From positions 69,628,001 to 69,692,000 of the forward strand of contig NC_045697.1 of the NCBI RefSeq assembly GCF_009834535.1: a DNA stretch of 64,000 bases, read 5' to 3'. Of the stretch, positions 54,797 to 64,000 are shown piece by piece (position 1 is the first letter of the stretch; every line of letters starts with the position of its first letter). Below the pieces are notes generated by a model. The model was not told the DNA's origin. It did no database searches and saw only the letters and a program-made list of their open reading frames with translations. The stretch is from Camelus ferus. Taxonomy: Eukaryota. The position numbers and the translations under genes were made by a program.

Positions 54797-55556
54797 TAAA
54801 AGTTAAGTACACATAAGTTCTGAATAGCTACACTTGGTTAAGCTAATTTGAAAGCAGATTTTTATTTTGGTTCAACTATAGAAAATATTCAGTAGTCATT
54901 ATTCCCATTTTTAAGTATCTATGATATTGAGGTCTGAGGTAAGCTTGAAACCTCACATTTCATAACATTTTAGTTGAGCTTTTATAAGAGGAATAATATT
55001 ATTAGTGCTTTAAGTAAATCATGCCACCACATGCATCAAGTATTTTGAAATAAGAAAGAATATTACTTTTGAAACTACTTTAGTAGAGAAAGTTCCCTTT
55101 TGTATCTACAATACCAAGGCTGTAAATAGACCAGATACATATTTGTAGTAAATATGATAGAGGGATACTTTTTAAATAAAGATTGCATGTCCACCAAGGA
55201 GAGACCTTAAACCACTGTAGTAGATGAGTTTACACTTGATATGATTAGGTTGTTCATAATAGGAGAGCAATAACTAGTTAGTAAATCACATGGAAAACTA
55301 GTTAAACCTGCCCTGGTAGTCAAACAGATGCAAGCCGTAAGTTCGATGTTTATGTCCATTGCCTATGTGAAATTGGTCCTTTTTTTTTTTTAAACGTGGT
55401 GTTATTGTAAATTGGGACAATCCTTTTGAAAGGAAATTTGACAGTGTGTCTTGAGCTTTAAAAATGTTAAAAAATTTTTTTATTTGGAGTTTTATAAATC
55501 CTGATTTTTGGAATGTTCCATATTTTATAAAATACAGTTCTATATTTTATAAAATA

Positions 55557-55902
55557 CAGTTGATCCTTGAACAACACAGGTTTGAACTACATGGGTCCAC
55601 TTATATGTGGATTTTTTTTTCAGTAAATACATGTATGTACTGTAAATATATTTTCTCTTCCTTGCAATTTTTAAAATAATTTCTCTAGCTTACTTTATTG
55701 TAAGAAAACAGTATATACTACATATAACATAAAAAATACGTTAACTGACTTGTTTCTGTTGTTGGTAAGGCTTCTGGTCAACAGTAGGGTATTAGTGAAG
55801 TTTTGAGGGAGGCAAATTTTATGTGGATTTTTGACTGCCCAGGGGGTCAGTGTCCCTAACCGCCCCCCTGCCCCCCGCCCCTACATTGTTTGGGCTCTGC
55901 TG
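55557..55902 (+). mobile_element. Tigger2a/MER8-like MITE
   Basis: ta|cagttgatccttgaacaacacaggtttgaact...ctg|ta; TA TSD; degraded right TIR. Confidence 0.85.
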
Positions 55903-55929
55903 TATATAGTATGCACTGATGGCAGTGTG

Positions 55930-56150
55930 AATGCTTCCTGTAGGCCAGGTGCTCTTTTACATGCTGCTTTTACTAACTCAGTCTCCCCAGCAACTCCATG
56001 TGGTGGATGCTACTCATCTCCATCTTTTAGATAAGGAAATTGAGGCAGAGAGAGGTTCAGTTGCCCAGTGTTACACAACCTGTAAGTAACGGAGTTGGCA
56101 TTTTCAGTCAACACAATCTGCTTCTTTATGCTCTTGACTATTTATACTGC
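55930..56150 (-). mobile_element. MIR
   Basis: ttttagataaggaaattgaggcagagagaggtt...gcccagtgttacaca. Confidence 0.8.
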
Positions 56151-56934
56151 TGTGAGAAATACAGTAGTGTGTCGTTGAATAAAGGAAAATTTATAGGCAT
56201 GTATTATTGATTGTAATTTTTTTTGTAATTGAGGGAACTTATTTTGAATTTTCAATAATAGACATGCCAATAAAATTATAGTACATTCTATAAATTCTAT
56301 TGTATGCAACTATTTAAAAATTATTAGTCTGAAGATTGTGTGGCAATATGGAAAGAGAAATTATGTATGCTATGACTACCACTGCATAAAAACATCCAAG
56401 TAAAATAGGACTTGTTTATGGGAGACTAGATCATTTTCTCAGAGGTTCCTTTGTTGTTCCACGTGAATGTAGTGGTTACAATGCCTCTGGAAATACTTTG
56501 CCATCTCTTAGTTATACTAGTGTTGCTTTTTTTCGTCGTAGGGATAGAGGCTTGCTTTTAATAGAAGAAATTATAATTACATTAAATATGCATGCTAATA
56601 TTTACTTTAAACAATATATTTTTCAATAAGGAGTAGGTAATTCTAAACTAGAATCTTCATATAGTAACATTTGTAATATGTGAGTTTGCTTTTACTTTGC
56701 AACCATTAAACTGGTTTGCCTAAGGTCTGACTGTTACAAATCCTGTTGTATACTGTTTAAGAGGTAATATCTACTACTGTTTCTAAAATAAAATATTAAA
56801 TAAGTTTGTCATTAGTAGCATTTATACAGCAAATTTTTTCACATTTTTTAAAATTTTAATGTCTGGTTAATTGCTTACAGATTAATTTTTTTCTTTTGCA
56901 CATTCCAGATTATCTTCTCTGTATTTTATTATAG

Positions 56935-57159
<225 letters not shown>

Positions 57160-58643
57160 TGATAGTGAATTGCATTTTCTTCATTTCTTCCAGTCTTTAA
57201 CTTATTTTTTTGTGTTTAAAATTTAAAATAAATCTAAAGTCTAGGAAAACCTTTTTTATGGTTTGAAGATACTTAACTGCTTTCAAGATAACTTCTAGTA
57301 TGAAGTGTTTGCTACAGGTTCTTTCATGCAGATGATCATATGTGATGGGTAATTAGGGGAAAGATGTCAGTGAAATGTGGAAGTAATGTTGATTCAAGTG
57401 GGATTTTAGGTTTCTTCTTTTTTCTTTCAGTTCACTGTTGGTTTTGAAGAGATTAGTTAGGGCAATCTTTCTTACAGGTAAAGAAAAATCATTAGTAATA
57501 TATGAAGACATTAAGACGAAAGCTAAAAGTTCTGCAAAAGTACTGTCCTTGATGTGAGAAGTTCAGAAAGTGGCTTTAGTGTCACTTTCTGTATTAAAGT
57601 GGCACTATATAAAGCTGTCTTGGGAAGCTGCAAGTGCAGAGAAAGCAGCTGCCAAGATGCTTATTTCCCCCTGTGATATAAAAAAAATTAGATGAAGAAG
57701 GCTCCCTTCAATGGTATTTTTGATAGTGATGAACTTGGTCTCTTTAGTAATCATGTATCTTCAGAGATGTATATATCAAACAAGGAAGCATGAGCCCAGA
57801 TGTTAAAGGCTACCGAGAATGAACCGGCCCTGATGCTGGCTGTGAATGATCATGGAGACCTAACTGACGCTGTTTTTATATGAAATGTTATGGCTTCAGT
57901 TAGAGTATCTATTTATAAATTTCCATAGGTTCTGAGGGGTCTGCTCAGTGCTGTTTTTCATATAAGCCCTATTATTTTTATTACATGCATAATGTGTGAG
58001 GTTTTTAAGGAACGTATGTATTGCGCTAGAGCCAACAAACCTATACTGCAATATTGTAAATTGACTGAAAATTCATGGTTTGAAAATGCTCATTTACTGT
58101 TCTCTTTAGTGTAGTATATACATTTAGTGTGTTTTAGTGGTGTTGTAGCAACCTGTGCTTTTAGACATGGAGACAAAGAGAAGGATGAGTAGTCACAGGT
58201 AAGTGAAAGGCAAATAAGTTTTTGAAAAATAAGTATAGAATAGTATAAATTTTTCGGTTTATTGATTCACTAGGAGGAGGAAAAACCCGTTAAAGATAAT
58301 CAGTGAAAGCAGTATTTTCTGTTCAGCATCACATTGTAGCAGAGTCCTTCATTTAATGTTATTAATTCAGGTTATTGATCTTACACGAATGTATCCTGGA
58401 CAGTTTTCTTCTGCCATAAGTGATCTAGTCACGGCTGTAAGAGTGTTGCAGCCTGCCGTCTGGCTTGGGCTGCGTGACCGCGGCCCTGCTTTCCACGGTG
58501 AGTTTAGCTGCATTACAGACAAGAAGTGACTGTTGAACACTGAGTATGTATTGCTGCTGTCATTTGTGAATGCAGAAGTTACCTTCTCATTAAGCTGCTT
58601 GATTCTGTCATGTTACCGAAACTTGACTTCAACTTTGAAGTGA

Positions 58644-59033
<390 letters not shown>

Positions 59034-60396
59034 TGAGGAGGAATGTGAAGATAGTTCTTGAGTACAGCTTTTCTCCTACTTTTAAAAATTCTTTTGTTAG
59101 TATTATGTTCTCATTGTAAAAAACTAAAAGAAAACATTAGATTATGAGAGAGAAATGAGTGATCGTCCTTTCCTCTTGTCTCTTGTTCCTTTTTATCTCT
59201 CTTTTCTCCAGAGATGCTCACTTTTAACATTTAGATTTTTTTTCTCCTCTGTGCATTAACGCACACACATAACTATGTGTTTATTTAGGTTAAGTGGAAT
59301 CATAAAACATTGTAGTATTCTGTAATTTGGTACTTTTTCAACTACTAATATCTTATAGATTTTTCCAAATTAGCATATATACATATCTGGGTACATAGAT
59401 CTGCTCCATTCTTTAATGGCTGCATATTATATTCTGTAGTACAAAAATTTCTACAACTGTTCCCCTCCTGGATTTGGATTTTGGTGTTTTCCAGGAATCT
59501 TACTATTGTAGTGAATCATATCTTTGGTTAGCAGTATATTGCTGTAGGTTTTTTCTCACACTGTCTTTGTCCAGACAAACAGTTCTTCCAGGTTTTGTTC
59601 ATTTATGCTATATCTTGTGAGGGAAGAGAAGGAAAGCCTTGTTACAAGTGTTAACAGACTATTACAAAGGACAGTTTGAGGGCAAAGAACTTTTCAGTTG
59701 AAATCCCCAGCTTCAACTTTATTGTTCAATGTATTCCTCCCCCCCAGTAAATCAACCTGATAGATCTTCAGCAGTGTATTGGACAGGACAGGGTTCTTAT
59801 TCTTAGGCAAATGCAGAGTTATCTCTTACAACATAGATCCATTATTTTTATTGTTTTTAGGCCATTCAACATCCATAAAGGATAAAATTTTTATTAATTT
59901 AATAAAGTTGGAGGAATGAAAAATGAAAGCATGTGACTATTTTCATGTATCAATATGTGAGATTTCATTCTTTTTATTATTCACTGTTCATTATATTTAA
60001 AAACTTTAATATTCTGGGTGCTATTATGAGATGAGAACTTTAATGTTTAATTTCTCATTTGTGGAAGCTTTAGTTTTAAATAGTTTTTAGAGTTTTTGCC
60101 AGATAATGTGTTCAGTGTTTATATACTTTTTGCTTTTCTGTGAGTTGATCAAAACAACCAGACAGCTAGAATGCGGTTTTACAAATACACAGGAATAAAA
60201 TTTGCTAAACCAACTACCAGAAAGCAGAGTCATCATAACAGCAGACAGGAAAGAACAAAAGTTGCTTAATCTCTGGAGAGTGCTATTAACACCTTTGTGT
60301 ATTTTATTCCTGCCCTATATTTTCCAATAATTTGGCTGTCCACCCTGGCACAGAACTCCAGACGGCTTGACCCACTGTTGAAATTGGCTTCCAGAA

Positions 60397-60586
60397 CAGG
60401 GCTTCTCAGCCTACATGTTAATGGCTTTTGGGCCTGACACTTCCTTGTTGTAGGAGCCTGCCCTGTGGACTGTAGGACACTTGGCATCATCCCTGGTCTC
60501 CAGCCGCTAGATGTGACAACCAGAAATGTCTCCAGATGCTGTGCAGTGTACCCTCGGGACCAGAACTGCCTCCAGTTTGAGAATTA
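60397..60586. mobile_element. MER20 (hAT-Charlie) DNA element
   Basis: cagggcttctcagcct...gcatcatccctggtctc...gtgacaaccagaaatgtctccaga...tttgagaa. Confidence 0.85.
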
Positions 60587-61569
60587 GGAAGAAGTCTCTC
60601 ACCCTCCCTCATTGTTGTTGCACAGGGATTTTCTTTATTGTATGTTGTGCAACGTGAGCTAAAATTTTGGCTTTCCTTCCCCACCAACTGGGGCTGGTAG
60701 GAAGGCTTGGGTGTAGGAAAGTCATTATGAAAGTCGGCACGTTCATCAAAAACATTAACCTCCTGACCTCGAAAATGCCAGGCTGGGACATCTTGTTAAA
60801 AGCAAGTAAATGTTAATTAAAATGATTCCTTGAGTCAATTGCCCAGGAATTTGATTGGCTGGAGAGGGTAAGTTGTACCTGAACTTCAGGTTGGAAATGA
60901 GGTAGGCAGCGGAGCAGACTAGGGAGTGGGAGGAGCCCCAGAATCATGAGTTGGCTCCCCAGGAGTCTGCCAGTGCCTAGATCCTGGGGTCCCAGTGCTA
61001 GGAGAGCCATCATAGCAATAAGAACCACTTTCGGTTTTTATTTAAACAGTAATAAAAGTCATAAAAATTAAACAGGGCAGGAAGTATATTCTGAGAAATA
61101 CCTTTCCATATATACCCTGCTCCCAAGACCTTCTGCAGAGGCAACTGTGAATAATCTGAGAACCACTCTTATGGGAATAAAGAAGCCTGGGGAAGTAATT
61201 CTTTGAAGACTTGACCGGACTGAAACAGGACAAATCAAGTTACTTTTTAGAAATTCCTATTTCTCCCGTGCTCTTTCCGTTCGTATCTCTTCTCGCATTA
61301 ACAGAAGAGCACACTGACCTTAGGGAAGGCGAGGAAGAGAATGTGTTTTCCATTCTCTTGTTTATTCAGAGAGCAACAGTGCCCCTCCCAACCCCTTTGT
61401 GCTGCACACATGTCCTCCTCTTCTGCACCAAAGGAGGAGGTGCCACACTGCTGAGCGGAGCCTCAGTTTAGCCTCTCTCTGCCTCGGTTTCCTCATCTTG
61501 AAAATTTCGGCATGTAGGTATATAAAGCATTCAGAAAGGTTCCTGGCATAGATAGTGATTGCTTAGTAA

Positions 61570-61863
<294 letters not shown>

Positions 61864-61864
61864 T

Positions 61865-62280
61865 AGCTGTTTTACATAGAGCCCCAAAGTGTGTACACAC
61901 AATACACATTCATATCTTGCTCACATAACAGTCCAGAGCGTGTGTGTTTGGTCACTGTAGCGGTGTGGTGGGCGGGATGGTTATGCTGTGACCCAGGCTC
62001 TGTCATTTTCAACCTAAAGGTCAGGGTCACTTTGGGACTTACCCTCCTAATCCTGTAGTTATTGAGGAGGGAGGAGGGGAGAGGCACGGAGGGGTGTGCT
62101 TGGGAGGTCTTAACGAGACAGCCTGGACTTGGCATAAATCACATACATTTACTTTTCATTGGCAGGAGTTCAGTCACATGGCTACACTAACTGCAGGGGA
62201 GGTGGGGAAGTGTAATCCAGCTGAGTACTCTGCAAGAAAAGGAAACTAGTCATTTTGGTCAACAGACAACAGTCCGTGTG
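61865..62280 (-). mobile_element. MLT1 LTR
   Basis: gacccaggctct...tcattggcaggagttcagtcacatggctacactaactgcagggga. Confidence 0.65.
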
Positions 62281-63596
62281 TATCCCTGTTCCTTAAATGA
62301 AATTGGTTCAGCTTGGTTGATTGAGTTCTTGGTGTATGTCAGATACTGTGTTATTTGCTAGTATAAACAGAGGGGAATAGACAAGTACATCTCCTCAAGC
62401 TCAGTGCTGTCTAATAGATGAACAGAGGGAGTGTTGGGCAGTGAATGTCTTTTAGAAACGTTTCTCTTGGAGAGATAAGACATGCAGGGATAAGTCTGTT
62501 ATTTAGTGCTGGAAATGAAAGCTGTCCACAGTTAAGTGACTTAAGGAGGAATTTAACAAACATATAGGAGCCGTAGCCACATAGACACTTTGATGTATCT
62601 GTATTTATGTTTTCTCATCTGTACAGTAGCAGGGAATGGCACCTCTCCTAGAACTGTTACTAGGATTAAGTGAGAGAGGACATGGACGCACTTAAAGTTA
62701 ACTTTTAGAATGATTGTAATGATGGCTGTGATGATATACATTATCTCATTTGATCATCACAACTCTACGAATAATTTCTTAGCCCTGTTTTAAGAGTCAG
62801 ATTCGGTGCTTAGGGCAGTGATTTATTTATCCAAGGTGTCACAAATTAGCCAGTCAGTGCCAGGGCCAGGGTTGCTACTTGGGTTCTGTGGTTTTCTCAA
62901 GTCAGTCTTTTCTGCTGTACTGCCTCGTAAGGACTGAAGCAGTTTGGTGCTGGGTCTTGTGAGAGAAATAGAGAGAGAATGAGATTTTGGTTTGCTGGAG
63001 AAGATGAGGAAGAGCATTCCAGGCCGTGGGGAAGCATGACTAGAATAGGTGCTTCACGTTGAGACCGAACAGAGACAAGATAAGCTTGGGCTGAGAATTA
63101 TGTGTAAAGAACTAGAAATAGGCAGTGCCAGGCTGAGGATATTTGACTTCATTTGTAGGGATTTGCAGAACACTTTTTGGCAGAAGAATGGCAAGATTAA
63201 GTTGCTATTTTGGGAAGATAACTTTGGCATTGGTGTCTAGAACGTACTGCAGGTGTGAGCTGGTCAGCCCAGTGCACAGTTGCTGCCGGAACCCAGCTGT
63301 GAGGTAGTAAACTCCAGGTTGTCAGTAGTTGTGAAGAGAAAGGGAGCGGAGTGAGAAACCTCTCAACAGGGGCAGCTAGAGGAGTCGCTCAAAGCACGGC
63401 GTTTGACATGTATCAGTAAGCGTTTATTAGCAGGCCACACAGTCCTTTTTGTTTCAGCTGGAATTGAGCTTGAAATAAAAGCTAGCAACAGAAAATAAGT
63501 AGCTGACCTTATTTCTTCCTGGTAAGTCCTGTGATCACCTGACATTCATCCCCTTTCACAGAAAGGAAGTCGCTATTCTGAGCATATGTGCTCACG

Positions 63597-63621
63597 TGTG
63601 TGTGTGTGTGTGTGTGTGTGT
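63597..63621. repeat. (GT)n microsatellite
   Basis: Directly visible dinucleotide run. Confidence 0.95.
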
Positions 63622-64000
63622 AAAGAGAGTCGGCAGGGAGGGGATGAAGAAAAGCCCCTTACTCGCACAGGTGACAAACTCAGGGTTAGGTATGGATTAG
63701 ATAAAGAGAGACTTTGAAGGAGATAGAATTTATGGACGAAGGAGATATGGGTCAGTGATGATGAGATACAACTGAGATACACAAGAGATGCCACTTGAGT
63801 TTCGTGTTAAACTATTAAAAAAAATTTTTAATGCCATATTGTGGTATGGTTCCTGTACAGTAAACTACTCGTTTCACATGCACAATTTGATGAACGTGGT
63901 AAACTATTTAATTAGAAATATAACAATTCTGAAGAAAGAAGCAAGGACCAAGTATACTTCATTTCACCCATTTGATGTGTTTATGAAAAGCCAAGTGTTA

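Overview
Mammalian genomic DNA, most likely a camelid (alpaca, llama or camel), inferred from eight copies of a tRNA-Ala-derived SINE resembling the camelid Vic-1 family. The only protein-coding gene is METAP1 (methionine aminopeptidase 1, + strand). It has a CpG-island promoter at ~16.6-17.7 kb and coding exons 1-9 (17046-61762, 931 coding nt, all GT-AG, frame continuous); the remaining 3' exons lie beyond the window. The rest is intergenic or intronic DNA dense in L1, L2, MIR, MaLR/ERVL LTRs, Tigger and MER elements. The most unusual signal is an L1-derived element at ~2.07-3.49 kb: an open ORF1 joined almost directly to the L1 3' end with ORF2 missing (HAL1-like), whose 3' part carries strand-specific A-to-G hypermutation suggestive of ADAR editing fixed by retrotransposition. 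Other leads are a SINE with an L1-derived tail, a CpG-rich patch plus an in-frame strong-Kozak ATG at exon 3, and a 19-bp duplication creating cryptic donors after exon 7. Repeat subfamily names and boundaries were recognised by eye and are approximate.
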